NCBI GenBank assembly: GCA_965242925.1
Contig: CBDEUM010000014.1
Coordinates: 256,001-320,000, forward strand
Length of the DNA stretch: 64,000 nt
Direction: 5' to 3'
Source of the DNA: Roseibacillus sp.
GTDB taxonomy: Bacteria > Verrucomicrobiota > Verrucomicrobiia > Verrucomicrobiales > Akkermansiaceae
The notes beneath the pieces are model-generated. The model searched no databases. It was given only the letters and a program-made list of their open reading frames with translations, and was not told the DNA's origin. Positions 1 to 10,067 of this stretch are shown here, one piece after another (position 1 is the first letter of the stretch; every line of letters begins with the position of its first letter). The translations under genes were made by a program, and so were the position numbers.

Positions 1-828
1 AAATACCAGGCCACCGTCCAACGCGCCCTCGACTGGCTCATCAAGCAGCAGAAGGAAAACGGCGACCTGCGGGGCGGGGGCCGGATGTATTGCCACGGCA
101 TCGCCGCCATCGCCCTCTGCGAGGCCTACGGTGCCACCAAGGATCCCAAGCTCAGGGAAGCGGCCCAGAAGGCCATCTCCCTGATCCTCGCCTCCCAGAG
201 CCCCAGCAAGGGGGGTTGGCGCTACAACCCAGTCAACCAGAACAGTCAACCCAGTGAGGACTCCGACCTCTCGGTCACCGCCTGGCAGTACATGGCCCTG
301 CACAGTGCCCGCCTGGCCGACCTCAGTGTCCCGGATGCGGCCTTCACCCGGGCCCAGAATTACCTGTCCTCGGTCTCCTCCGGAAAACACGGGGGGCTCT
401 ACGCCTACACCGGCGGTGGGCCCAACCCCGCCATGACTGCCAGCGGCATGTTCTGCCGTCAGCTCGATCTCGTCCCCCCCACCGATCCCAGCATGCCGGA
501 GAGCGCCGAATACCTGGGACGCCACAAGCTCCAGCAGAATCCCAAATACTACTACATGTACTACGCCACCCTCGCCCTCTACCAGCACCAGGGGCCAGTT
601 TGGAAGGAGTGGAACGAGAAGCTGAAGGAGGTCCTGCCCCTCATCCAGAAGAAGGTCGGCCCCGAACGGGGAAGCTGGGATCCGGGCGGCCAGCACGCGC
701 GGGCAGGCGGGCGGGTGGTCTCCACCACCCTCTCGGTCCTCAGCCTTGAGGTCTACTACCGTCTCCTCCCGATGTACGGGTTCCGTGGAGCGGACGACTT
801 GCCCGCCGCCAAGAAAAAGGGCGAGTAG
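1..828 (+). CDS. Prenyltransferase/squalene oxidase repeat protein (alpha/alpha toroid), 5'-truncated by window edge
   Basis: Frame is open from base 1 (KYQATVQRALDWLIKQQKENG...); QW-like repeats Q..KGGWRY, SDLSVTAWQ.MAL, GSWD..G, ending LEVYYRLLP, typical of the PVC family. Confidence 0.8.
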   Translation, partial: KYQATVQRALDWLIKQQKENGDLRGGGRMYCHGIAAIALCEAYGATKDPKLREAAQKAISLILASQSPSKGGWRYNPVNQNSQPSEDSDLSVTAWQYMALHSARLADLSVPDAAFTRAQNYLSSVSSGKHGGLYAYTGGGPNPAMTASGMFCRQLDLVPPTDPSMPESAEYLGRHKLQQNPKYYYMYYATLALYQHQGPVWKEWNEKLKEVLPLIQKKVGPERGSWDPGGQHARAGGRVVSTTLSVLSLEVYYRLLPMYGFRGADDLPAAKKKGE

Positions 829-903
829 GGAAGTCCTCCCTTCCTTCCTCCGAAAGCCACTTCCCGGTTGGGACCGGTCAATTGAGGATCCAGGACCGCG
901 CCT

Positions 904-1533
904 TTAATGCGCCTTGACCTTGATATTGCGTACCCAGAACGGCTGTCCGTGATCCTGGATGGCGATCTTCCCCTTCTCCGCCAGCTTCTTGTTGGGACGC
1001 TTTTTGGCGACGAGATCCAGTCCATCCTGGACCTTCTTCCCGTTGAGAACCACGGTGAGTTTGTTGTCCTTCAGGGTCACCACCATGCGATTCCATTCGC
1101 CCGGCTTTTTCGCGGCGTTGACGAGGGGACCCGCGGTGCCGATGACGCCTCCCAGGTCATGGGGGCCGAGTTTCTTTTTCCCGAAGCAGTCGAGAATCTG
1201 CACCTCAAATCCGTGGGCGGTGGCATCTGACTCGTCGTAAATGCGGAAGTAGAGCCCGGAGTTTCCGCCCTTGGGATGCTTGTACTCGAAGTCGACGGTG
1301 AAATCCTTGAAGTCATCCTTGAGCCAGAGATAGGAGCCGTAGCGGGTCCAGCCCTTCTCCCCCTCCCGCGGATCAAGGTAGAGGGATCCGTCCTTCTGGA
1401 TCTTCCAGTTCCCCTTGGTCTTGATGTTGGAGAGATCCTTCCCGTCGTAAATGGTCTTGAACTCGTGGTGGTCGGCCAGGACACAGGTCCCGGGGATGAG
1501 GGCAGAAGCGAGGGCGAACAGAACTGATTTCAT
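904..1533 (-). CDS. DUF1080 / 3-keto-disaccharide hydrolase family secreted protein
   Basis: Signal peptide; GNSGLYFR, FEVQILD, GEWN, G.IAIQDHG..FWVRNIKVK motifs; ATG at 1533 preferred. Confidence 0.9.
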   Translation of the reverse strand: MKSVLFALASALIPGTCVLADHHEFKTIYDGKDLSNIKTKGNWKIQKDGSLYLDPREGEKGWTRYGSYLWLKDDFKDFTVDFEYKHPKGGNSGLYFRIYDESDATAHGFEVQILDCFGKKKLGPHDLGGVIGTAGPLVNAAKKPGEWNRMVVTLKDNKLTVVLNGKKVQDGLDLVAKKRPNKKLAEKGKIAIQDHGQPFWVRNIKVKAH

Positions 1534-1684
1534 GGTCCCTCCAGCTAGCAACAAATCAGCACCGCCCGAAAGAAGAAACTACCACCTGATCCGATGATGG
1601 GAACGGAGTGTCCCGGTCACCAGAGAGACCGGGAGGCGAATCGCCTCCCCACGAGGGGCCGATTCTGGTAGGCAGGGTCCCTTC

Positions 1685-2950
1685 GTGATGCGCCTCGCCT
1701 TCATCCTGCTCACCCTGGCCCCCATCCTGGCCGCGCAGGGGGAAGATGCTCCCGCCCCCACCCCGGACGATCTTCCCTGGCACGCCCTCGCGGCGGGACT
1801 GCCTCCCGGCACCATTGCCGGTCCGCCCACCGGCCTGACCATCCACAACCGGACCGATCGCCCGGTGAAGATCTTCTGGGTGAAGTACAACGGAACCCTC
1901 AAGGCCTACGGGGAGCTGGAAGCAGGCGGCACCCGCGAACAGAAAACAACCGCCAATTCCAACTGGCTCATCGCGGATGGAAACGACAAGCCCCTCGGTT
2001 ACTTCCAGGCCACCCCCCGACCAGGCCGGGCCGTCATTCCGAAGAATCTCCCGGTTCCCGTCCTGCGAGCCGGGAAATACACCCCGGGAACCCGGAAGGG
2101 GGCGCTGGCCTGGCAGAGGGAACTACGCGGATCGTTCCTCCACTTGCTGAAGATGGAAGACCTCGTAGCCCACAAGACCCGCCTCCCGCTCAACCCCAGG
2201 ACGATTTCCTCCGAGGACAAGGGCGCGTTCGTGTTGCACGAGATGGAAATCAACAGCACACCAGACAGCCGCATCAAGGTGGTCTTGACTGTCCCCCGGA
2301 ATGTCGCGGAAGCCTGCCCCGCGGTGGTCGCCATCGCGGGACACAGCGGGACGCGGCATTCGTGCTACCAAGGCCGCGGCTTCGCCACCCTGCTTGCGGA
2401 GAAAGGCTACGTCACCGTCTCCACCAGAATCAGCCAGCACAGTGTGCGCGAGCAGGAACGCTCCATGATGGGCGAACGCCTCTGGGATCTCATGCGCTGC
2501 GTCGACCTCCTGGCCTCCCGCAGGGAAGTCGATCCCGGGCGCATCGGCTGCGCGGGCAACTCCCTCGGCGGCGAGATGGCGATGTGGCTGGCGGCCATGG
2601 ACGAGCGCATCGCAGCCACTATGAGCGCCGGCTTCCTCACCCGCATGGACCAGTTGGAGGAAAATCACTGCCGTTGCTGGAAGTTTCCCGGCTTGCGCAC
2701 GCTCGCCGACTTCTCCGACATTTACGCCCTCACCGCCCCCCGCCCCCTGATGTGCCAGAACGGCCTGCAGGAACGCCCCACCTGGTTCACCGTCCCCCTC
2801 GCCCGCGAGGCCCTCGCCGACATCAAGCCCATCTACGAGGTCCTTGGCGCCCCGGAACACCTGGAGTTCCTCGCCCACGAGGGCGGCCACGTGATCGAGA
2901 TCCCGTCCCTCCTTGCCTTCCTTGGGAAACACCTCGGACGCGAGGAATAG
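1685..2950 (+). CDS. Secreted alpha/beta hydrolase (esterase/dienelactone-hydrolase-like) with N-terminal VHL beta-domain
   Basis: Signal peptide; IHNRTDRPVKIFWVKYNG..YGEL..G....QKT VHL-like segment; nucleophile elbow GNSLGG; C-terminal HEGGH. Confidence 0.75.
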   Translation: MMRLAFILLTLAPILAAQGEDAPAPTPDDLPWHALAAGLPPGTIAGPPTGLTIHNRTDRPVKIFWVKYNGTLKAYGELEAGGTREQKTTANSNWLIADGNDKPLGYFQATPRPGRAVIPKNLPVPVLRAGKYTPGTRKGALAWQRELRGSFLHLLKMEDLVAHKTRLPLNPRTISSEDKGAFVLHEMEINSTPDSRIKVVLTVPRNVAEACPAVVAIAGHSGTRHSCYQGRGFATLLAEKGYVTVSTRISQHSVREQERSMMGERLWDLMRCVDLLASRREVDPGRIGCAGNSLGGEMAMWLAAMDERIAATMSAGFLTRMDQLEENHCRCWKFPGLRTLADFSDIYALTAPRPLMCQNGLQERPTWFTVPLAREALADIKPIYEVLGAPEHLEFLAHEGGHVIEIPSLLAFLGKHLGREE

Positions 2951-2963
2951 CCCCACGCGACCT

Positions 2964-3872
2964 CTATTTCTCGGTTCTGATTGCGATGTTCGCCTTCGGA
3001 ACCCCGACGTAACGGCAGATGGACATCACGTTGGCAAGGTAGAGGTGCTTGGACTCCTTGTCACAGCGGATCAGGACCTTGAGATCGGGGTTTTTCTCGA
3101 ACCTCTCGTTGATCCACTTGGTGAGACCTTCCTCGGTCACCTGCTGGCCCATCACGACCATGGCACCGTTGTGACGAATGTTGACCTTGATCAGGTTGCC
3201 AGCGGTCTGGGTGAGGGACTGGGGCCTTGAATCAGTCGGCAGTTTGATGAGGTGATCCGCGCTCGTATCCGTATTCTTCACCCGCCCGGATGCCGTGATA
3301 AATATTTTTTCGGGCCCCACCCCGTATTCAATTGTGAACCACACCACTTCACTGAATCGCCACCGCAGTGCTTTGTTCCCGTTATTTTTCCCATAGGCGG
3401 CTCCCTTGTCCCGGGTAAACCGGTTAGCCTTATAAAAAGGGGGATTAAATAAATCCGGGTGGGAATTCTGCCAATGTTGGGCTGTGGCACCAAAGGGCTT
3501 GAGGGTGTCCTCCCAGAACTTTCGGTAGGCAGCCAGGGAATCGGCATTGGGCTCTACAAGGTGGGCATCGTGGTCAGGATGCTCTTTGACAACCTCATCC
3601 ATTACAAGCTGGGGAGCCCGGGGCCAGATGTCACCGTTTGCCTCCAGGTAACGCTGCATCGCAACGTGCAGTGCCATCAGGTCCTCCGTGGCTTCCTCGA
3701 TAGCGCCTTTTTCCTGCCAGAGCAGGGGCAGGGTGGCAAAGGATTGCGTATTTTCCTTTGCTTCAGGGCCGTCCGGGTTCCGGCTCTCTTCATTGGCGGG
3801 CTTTTCACAGGCCACCAGGAGCAAGGCCAGAGAGGCTGTAATGAAGCAAGCCAAGGAACCTCTTACATTCAT
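2964..3872 (-). CDS. Lipoprotein with C-terminal ExbD/TolR-like periplasmic domain
   Basis: Lipobox LLVAC; C-terminal IKVNIRHNG..VMGQQV...VLIRCDK....LANVMSICR..G ExbD pattern. Confidence 0.65.
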   Translation of the reverse strand: MNVRGSLACFITASLALLLVACEKPANEESRNPDGPEAKENTQSFATLPLLWQEKGAIEEATEDLMALHVAMQRYLEANGDIWPRAPQLVMDEVVKEHPDHDAHLVEPNADSLAAYRKFWEDTLKPFGATAQHWQNSHPDLFNPPFYKANRFTRDKGAAYGKNNGNKALRWRFSEVVWFTIEYGVGPEKIFITASGRVKNTDTSADHLIKLPTDSRPQSLTQTAGNLIKVNIRHNGAMVVMGQQVTEEGLTKWINERFEKNPDLKVLIRCDKESKHLYLANVMSICRYVGVPKANIAIRTEK

Positions 3873-3956
3873 AACAGATCAACCCTAGGGAAGATTACAT
3901 GAAAGGCAACGGAACAGGGAATGGTCTCCCGTGGAATCACGTTCCCCGGATCACAT

Positions 3957-6900
3957 TCATGGTTGTCTCTTCGGCTCCACTCCAAAATGATGCAACACGT
4001 TCCTGACCAGCGCGCTCAGGGCCTTGTCATGATACATGGCCCAGGCCGTCGCGATTGAACCGGTGTGAAAAACCTGTCCCCCTTCAGGCCGCTCCCAATA
4101 GATGATCTCCGCAATGGTCTGCTCATCTCCCGCCCTTGGCCGGTGCGCTTCGGCATTGAAATCAAGGATGTTCCGCTTGTCCTGGCTGCTGGCGATGGTG
4201 ACGATCCCCTTCGGTTCTGCCAGCCCTTTCAGGGCCGGATTCCTGGTCGCCCTCAGCAACGTCGAGAGGCGCACGTCGTACTCGTGACCGACTGCACCGA
4301 TGCTCTTGTTGACGAACCCGAAGGGATCTCCCTCTTGCAGATCGATCTTGTGGGGTTTGTTGAAAAGGAAATGATCCGGCAGATCAGCGTGATAGGGCTT
4401 GAAGTTCAAGCCACCCCACCCGGCACAGGTCAACCCGACCAGCTTCCATGCGGGGTAGCCGCAGAAACGCATCAGGCTCCCGCGCTTGAAATCGTGGCTA
4501 TGGTAGAGTTCGCCCACCTTGGCCCGGGCCCGGCCCCCGATACTTTTCCCGAACTTACGACACTCCATCACCTCGCCACTGTCGTCGAAGCTCACCCGCC
4601 AGAACATGGTGTTTCCTGACATCACCACCGCCGCCCCACCGGCCTTCAGATAGTTATCAAGACCGTCGTAGGCGCGGCTTGACCAGTATTCGCTGTGTCC
4701 GTTGATGCAGACCGCCTTGTAGCCATTCAATATTTCCGGGTGACGGTCCAGGTCGTGGTCGGTGATGACATCGTAGTGGTAGCCGTGGTCGTCCAGCCAG
4801 AGGTGCAGGAAGCGCTCGCCACGGAGCAGATGGCTGTAGCCTCCGCCGATATAGGTCTTGTTGGGCCCTCCCGCCGGCCAGGGCACTTTCATGCCGATCT
4901 TATAGGTCGGCTGGCCGTTGTGGTGATCACTGTAGCAGCTGTAGCTGGGCGCTCCCGGGTGGCTGTTGCCCAATCCACCCGTCCCCATGTTGACCAGGCC
5001 CGGCCCATGATTCACCGGAAAGGGAGTCGAATTGTAGGCCAGCCAGGTATTTGACGAAACGAGAACGAGCAGGGGCGCCTTCGGCCTGGCCTCGGGGCGC
5101 CGCACGATGAAGGAGGCATGGTAGCGCATCGGTTTGCCGTTCAACTGGAAATCGAAGCGTCCGGCGTAGACGCCCGACTTGGCATGGGCAGGAACACGGA
5201 ATCGATGGCTTACCTTCCAACGGGCATTGTATATTTCGTCAGTGGCCAAGCGGAGCCCGTGACCTCGTCTGGCATCCTTGGTCGGATCGTATGCCGTATC
5301 GTGTCGGCCGATCGCCGCCGCATCAAAGGTCGGGCCGCCGATCATCCAGGTTCCCCGGTTGATGATCCTGCCATTGCGTCCAAAATCACTCGTATCGGCT
5401 ACTTCTACACCCCGTTCCTCGGTGAACGGCCAGCAGGCCAGCAGGCGGTCATCCCTGGGAACGCTCAAGCCGCGACCGGAAAAACGTTTCCTGATTTGAT
5501 CCTCACTTAGAGCCCGGTCATAGATAGCACACATCGCGATGTCGCCGTTATAGAAGTTCACCGCCGTTCCCTTTTGACCATAGGCCCCGATGCGCAGGGC
5601 GGTCTCGCCAGGTCTTACTGTTCCGGCGAAGGGGAACTCGGCAACAAGTTTGCCGTCCACATAAACCCGTTTTTTCTTCCCATCCCAGCAACCAACGAGG
5701 TGGTGCCATTGCTGGGCCTTGATCAGCCCGGGCTCGGTCTGGTGAAAGGCGGCCTGATCGTAAGCACCTCCTGCCCCGGTGCCAAAGACGATCCTCCCCT
5801 CGCTAAGAAACAACCCAACTCCACAACGTTCCGGATAATCGTGCTGGGTGATCAAGCCCTGCCAGCCGGTCAACTTGAATGGGCGGATCCAGCATTCCAG
5901 GGTCAGCTGCGACAAGCGTCTCTCGACAGGTAGAGCTTTGGCCACATGCACGTAGGACCCCGGATGGATCGCCTGGGCCTGCGGTTGTTCGACCCGAAAG
6001 GTTTGCAGCACCGGATCCTTGTCCCGGCTCTCGGGATCCTGCCCCAGTTGCACGACGCTCAGGTCGTAAGGGACGCTGCTGCTGACTCGAAACTCGATTT
6101 CCTCACCCGCCGCAATGCTCTTCTGCGCGTAGGCGTGCAGACCTGGCAAATCCACCGGCTGATGCGGGGGTATTTCCTGTTCCTTGCCTGCATTCCCCTC
6201 CGTGGAAGCAAAGGCGGCAGGCAACTTGGCCGCTTTCAAATAAGCCACCAGGTCGGCAATTTCTCCAGGTTTCAAGAGGCCGTCAAAAACCCGGGGCATT
6301 AACGAAATGTTCGAATACTTTGCCGCTTTGATGTCCCGAATCGGCACGGAGTGTTCCAATCCGGGCGCCGGCGCGAGGACCATCTTATCCACGGTATCCC
6401 TCAGGATCAGGCCCCCTGTTTCTCCTTTCCTGGTCTGCACCTTCACCAGTTCGTAGTAACGGGCAATCGATGAACTGGGATAGACGATCGCCTCCAGAAG
6501 GTCCTGTTCACTGCGAATGGACCCGATTCCGGTCAGGTCAGGACCGAACTTCACTCCCTGATCCCCCATGACGTGACAGGTGATGCACAAGGATTTGGAA
6601 GCATTGTGAAATAGCTTCTCTCCTCGATCCGGATCTCCCTCCGGCAGCAGGGCCGACAGCTCCTTGAGACGCGTCTGTTGAAGAGCCGCCGCTTCCGGAT
6701 CGGACTCGACGGCATCCGCCAGCTGGATCCTCGGCATGGCCTGGGGCGCGGGATCCGCTTCGCCAAGCTCGTGCATGAGACGAACCTGCCTTCCCAGCGG
6801 ATCATCCTCGGAAAGGCTCCGGGTGTCTCCGATCTCGTAGAGTGCATAGATGATGGCGTGCCTCAAAAACGCATCCATCTTCTTCGAGCTGGCCGCCACC

Positions 6901-8486
6901 AGGGGTTTCACCGCCCTGCGATCCCCGATCCGGCCCAGGGCCATCGCTGCCAGTCGGCTTTGGTGGGCATCACCACCAAGCAGGCGGGTCAACGGCTCCA
7001 CCGCGACTGGATCGCGCCACAGCCCCACACTGTGGATCGCGGCCGCGCACACATCAGCACTTCCATCGCTGAGAAATTCCCGCACCACCGCTCGCGCCGC
7101 CTGCCCCGGGATCCGGTGCAGGGCCCAGAGGGCGGGGATTCGGGCTTTGGCCGTGCGCAATTCATCGATGTTTCCCTCCTTGGCAAGGGCATCGATGGCC
7201 AGCTTGACCACCGCAGGTCGACCATCAGAAAGCCAGCTGACTTCAGGTTTACCCCAGTCCAGTTCGAGGCCCCGGGAGTTTCCGGGCGGGAGCGCCCCCT
7301 TTCTTTGGACCCGATAAATGGCGCCCAGGACATGGGGCTTGGCCACCTTCGAGGTCGGGCAACAGATCATGTACCAACTGCCCGTATCCGCCACGAGGAG
7401 ACTGCCATCCGCATCTTCAATCACATCAGTGGGATGAAAATCGGTCTGATCACTCTCAAGAAAAACGCTCGTCTCTGCGGAGTAGGTCGATCCGGACCGG
7501 GACAGCCTGTGCCTCGACAGGCGTCGCAGGTTGAAGTCGGCGCAAAGCAAATCACCCCGGAAACCGAGCACATCACTTACAGGCATCACGATCCCCGATG
7601 GAGCCGCGGGACCCATTTGGGCAAGAATCGGCAGCAACCCTCCCGAACTGGGATGTGGTGCGAGCACGCGATCGTTCTTCTTGCCGTAGATCCCTCCATG
7701 GACGGCATGGAGAATGCCGTCCCGTTTCCCGGGACCGGACAGGTCAAAAAAGGTGCCGCTCAAGAACCGCTCCCCCGTCCTGCTGAATGCCAGCCCCACG
7801 GGATTGTTCATTCCCCCTGTAATCACCACTTCCAGGCCGCTGCCGTCGGGTCTGGCGCGATAGACATGTGCGGCGCTTGATTTAAACGTCCTCCCATTAC
7901 CGAGCACATGGCTCTGCGGAGAAAACGCGCCCTTGCACCAGTAGAAATATCCGTCCGTCCCCAGATAGGGTCCGTGCAGATCGTTGCCGCAACCTTCGAT
8001 TGATCCACCGTCGAACCAGACCGTCCGCTCATCGGCCGCGTGATCTCCATTCGTATCGCGAAGTTTCCAGATATGTGGAGGGGCCCCCACATAAACCGCG
8101 CCCTGATGCACGAGGATGCCCTCCGGAAAAGGGAGGCGCTCGGCAAAGACGGTCGATCGATCAAAGACACCATCGCCATCCTGATCGACCAACCGCAACA
8201 CCCGATGACTTGGGTTCTTGAGTTGAGCAGGGGCCTTATCCGTGTTCCCGGAGCTATCCGTGACGTAGAGTACGCCATTCTCATCGAAGCACATGTGAAT
8301 GGGCCTCTGCACAAGGGGCGGCGCAGCGACCAGCTTCAAGGTGTAGCCGTCGGGAATGGTAAATGTATGCGGAGAGAACGTGACTTTCTTGGCGTTCAGC
8401 AGGGACGAACAGAGGATCAGAACCTGCAAACCCAGACATGCGCGTAAGAAATTCGGCAAGGATTTCATGCTGACAATTTTGCGCAA
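3957..8486 (-). CDS. Multidomain protein: PVC-type beta-propeller + HEAT repeats + cytochrome c (CITCH) + LamG + N,N-dimethylformamidase large-subunit-like domain
   Basis: 1509 aa single ORF; FTIPDGYTLKLVAAPPLV..P propeller start, CITCH...GPDLT..G...SLMP heme domain, LamG (WHHLVG.WDG...YVDG), DMFase motifs TWLAYN, GHSEYWS, SGNTMFWRV, GGQVFHTGSI. Confidence 0.85.
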   Translation of the reverse strand: MRKIVSMKSLPNFLRACLGLQVLILCSSLLNAKKVTFSPHTFTIPDGYTLKLVAAPPLVQRPIHMCFDENGVLYVTDSSGNTDKAPAQLKNPSHRVLRLVDQDGDGVFDRSTVFAERLPFPEGILVHQGAVYVGAPPHIWKLRDTNGDHAADERTVWFDGGSIEGCGNDLHGPYLGTDGYFYWCKGAFSPQSHVLGNGRTFKSSAAHVYRARPDGSGLEVVITGGMNNPVGLAFSRTGERFLSGTFFDLSGPGKRDGILHAVHGGIYGKKNDRVLAPHPSSGGLLPILAQMGPAAPSGIVMPVSDVLGFRGDLLCADFNLRRLSRHRLSRSGSTYSAETSVFLESDQTDFHPTDVIEDADGSLLVADTGSWYMICCPTSKVAKPHVLGAIYRVQRKGALPPGNSRGLELDWGKPEVSWLSDGRPAVVKLAIDALAKEGNIDELRTAKARIPALWALHRIPGQAARAVVREFLSDGSADVCAAAIHSVGLWRDPVAVEPLTRLLGGDAHQSRLAAMALGRIGDRRAVKPLVAASSKKMDAFLRHAIIYALYEIGDTRSLSEDDPLGRQVRLMHELGEADPAPQAMPRIQLADAVESDPEAAALQQTRLKELSALLPEGDPDRGEKLFHNASKSLCITCHVMGDQGVKFGPDLTGIGSIRSEQDLLEAIVYPSSSIARYYELVKVQTRKGETGGLILRDTVDKMVLAPAPGLEHSVPIRDIKAAKYSNISLMPRVFDGLLKPGEIADLVAYLKAAKLPAAFASTEGNAGKEQEIPPHQPVDLPGLHAYAQKSIAAGEEIEFRVSSSVPYDLSVVQLGQDPESRDKDPVLQTFRVEQPQAQAIHPGSYVHVAKALPVERRLSQLTLECWIRPFKLTGWQGLITQHDYPERCGVGLFLSEGRIVFGTGAGGAYDQAAFHQTEPGLIKAQQWHHLVGCWDGKKKRVYVDGKLVAEFPFAGTVRPGETALRIGAYGQKGTAVNFYNGDIAMCAIYDRALSEDQIRKRFSGRGLSVPRDDRLLACWPFTEERGVEVADTSDFGRNGRIINRGTWMIGGPTFDAAAIGRHDTAYDPTKDARRGHGLRLATDEIYNARWKVSHRFRVPAHAKSGVYAGRFDFQLNGKPMRYHASFIVRRPEARPKAPLLVLVSSNTWLAYNSTPFPVNHGPGLVNMGTGGLGNSHPGAPSYSCYSDHHNGQPTYKIGMKVPWPAGGPNKTYIGGGYSHLLRGERFLHLWLDDHGYHYDVITDHDLDRHPEILNGYKAVCINGHSEYWSSRAYDGLDNYLKAGGAAVVMSGNTMFWRVSFDDSGEVMECRKFGKSIGGRARAKVGELYHSHDFKRGSLMRFCGYPAWKLVGLTCAGWGGLNFKPYHADLPDHFLFNKPHKIDLQEGDPFGFVNKSIGAVGHEYDVRLSTLLRATRNPALKGLAEPKGIVTIASSQDKRNILDFNAEAHRPRAGDEQTIAEIIYWERPEGGQVFHTGSIATAWAMYHDKALSALVRNVLHHFGVEPKRQP

Positions 8487-8531
8487 ATAAGGAGGATGTT
8501 ATAAATTCAATGTCCTGCGGGATCGACCGGC

Positions 8532-9773
8532 TCAGCGGCCAAAGGACCAGAGGGTGAGCCGGTTGAGATCCTTGATGAGAAGCTGATTATCGAGGAGGAC
8601 CGGAGGGGCCCAGCTCTGGTCGGGTGCGACCCGGTAGGCCGCCCGGGCCCGGTAGCCCGCCGGATCAGCCGCAATGATGCGGAGCTCCCCATTGGCCCGG
8701 AGGGCCGCGACATGACCCTGGAGGGCGAGAAAAGCCACGTTCTGCCCAATCCTCCCTTCGCTGAGCCAGCGGATTGCACCATCCCGGGGATCGAGACAGA
8801 AGATCTGTCCCATCTTGAAATGCGACATCCCGTAGAGGTGGTCGCCGTTGATGACCGCGGTGCTCATGTCGAGGGCCACCTTCCGCTGGTGCCAGAGCCG
8901 GTTCACCGACCACTTGCCGTCCTTGAGCACGGGTTCCAGGCACTTGATCCCCCGGTTCTCCCCTCCGAGCAGGATCCGTCCCTCATGAAAGACGGGTGTG
9001 GGCATGTTCTGGTTATGACTGCGGTGCGGGGCGGGATACTCCCAAAGCAGCTTCCCGGTCCTGCTTTCCACTCCGGCGAGGGTCTCGTGGTTCCACTGCA
9101 CCACCTGCCGCACTCCCGCGATCTCCACCAGAAGCGGCGAGGAATACGAGGTGCCATGCTCGCCCTGCTTCCACACTTCCCTGCCGGATTTCACATCAAA
9201 GGCCATGAGCGCGCCAGCCCCGTCATTGCCAAGGTGCACGATGAGACGATCCCTGTCCACGATGGGCGACGTAGCTACGCCCCAGTTGGGCTTGTTTCCC
9301 TTCTCCCACTTCCCACCGTAATCCTTGCGCCAGAGCAGGCTCCCACTTTCGGCATCCCAAGCGTGAATCACCCCGGTGATACTCAAGGTGAAGAGGCGTC
9401 CGTCCGCGAGTACCGGGCAGGACTTGGGCCCCTTGCCATGCCGCTCCCCTCCCCCGCCCATCTTGAAAGGGGTGGGATAACTTTTGCGCCACACCTTCTT
9501 CCCACTCTCCAGGTCAAGGCACCAAAGCACCTCTTCCTCCCCCTCACGGGCATGCTGGTAGACGCGCTTCCCGGCCACCAGGGGCGTGCCATAACCCGTC
9601 CCCACTTCCACGCTCCAACCCTTCTTCAACTGCTTCGGCCAGCGGACCGGAACCTTGAAGTGGTCCACCCACCCGTTGCGTTGGGGGCCGAGCAGCCCCG
9701 GCCACACGAGTTCAGCGGCAGGGAGGACCGGAGTGAGGGACCCTGCGAGGGCGAGCAACAGGAAAGGTCTCAT
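8532..9773 (-). CDS. PQQ-binding-like beta-propeller repeat protein
   Basis: WPGLLGPQRNG N-terminal motif, repeated LD..SG...W blades, SYSSP, WAPPV. Confidence 0.85.
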   Translation of the reverse strand: MRPFLLLALAGSLTPVLPAAELVWPGLLGPQRNGWVDHFKVPVRWPKQLKKGWSVEVGTGYGTPLVAGKRVYQHAREGEEEVLWCLDLESGKKVWRKSYPTPFKMGGGGERHGKGPKSCPVLADGRLFTLSITGVIHAWDAESGSLLWRKDYGGKWEKGNKPNWGVATSPIVDRDRLIVHLGNDGAGALMAFDVKSGREVWKQGEHGTSYSSPLLVEIAGVRQVVQWNHETLAGVESRTGKLLWEYPAPHRSHNQNMPTPVFHEGRILLGGENRGIKCLEPVLKDGKWSVNRLWHQRKVALDMSTAVINGDHLYGMSHFKMGQIFCLDPRDGAIRWLSEGRIGQNVAFLALQGHVAALRANGELRIIAADPAGYRARAAYRVAPDQSWAPPVLLDNQLLIKDLNRLTLWSFGR

Positions 9774-10067
9774 GGCCCTTTCCTCCTAGGGCATCCGCCC
9801 GCATAGCGCGAGTGTCAAGTTGCCTGCTCCGGCCTCCAGGCCGGGGCAACAGCAGGGCCCGCCGAAAAGAAACTGGGAATGTGCTTTTGCCATCGGCTTG
9901 CGGCCTTCCCTGGGTCAGGATTCGTTCATGATCAGGAAAGGCCCTGCCCTCCGGGAACGCCCCCGCAAGGGACACATCGGCTTCCAGAATCTCAGCCGCG
10001 GAGGCTCCACCGTTCTTATCCTTAACGCACGAATCAAGCTACCGAAGTAACCACGGGCCTCTCCCTC

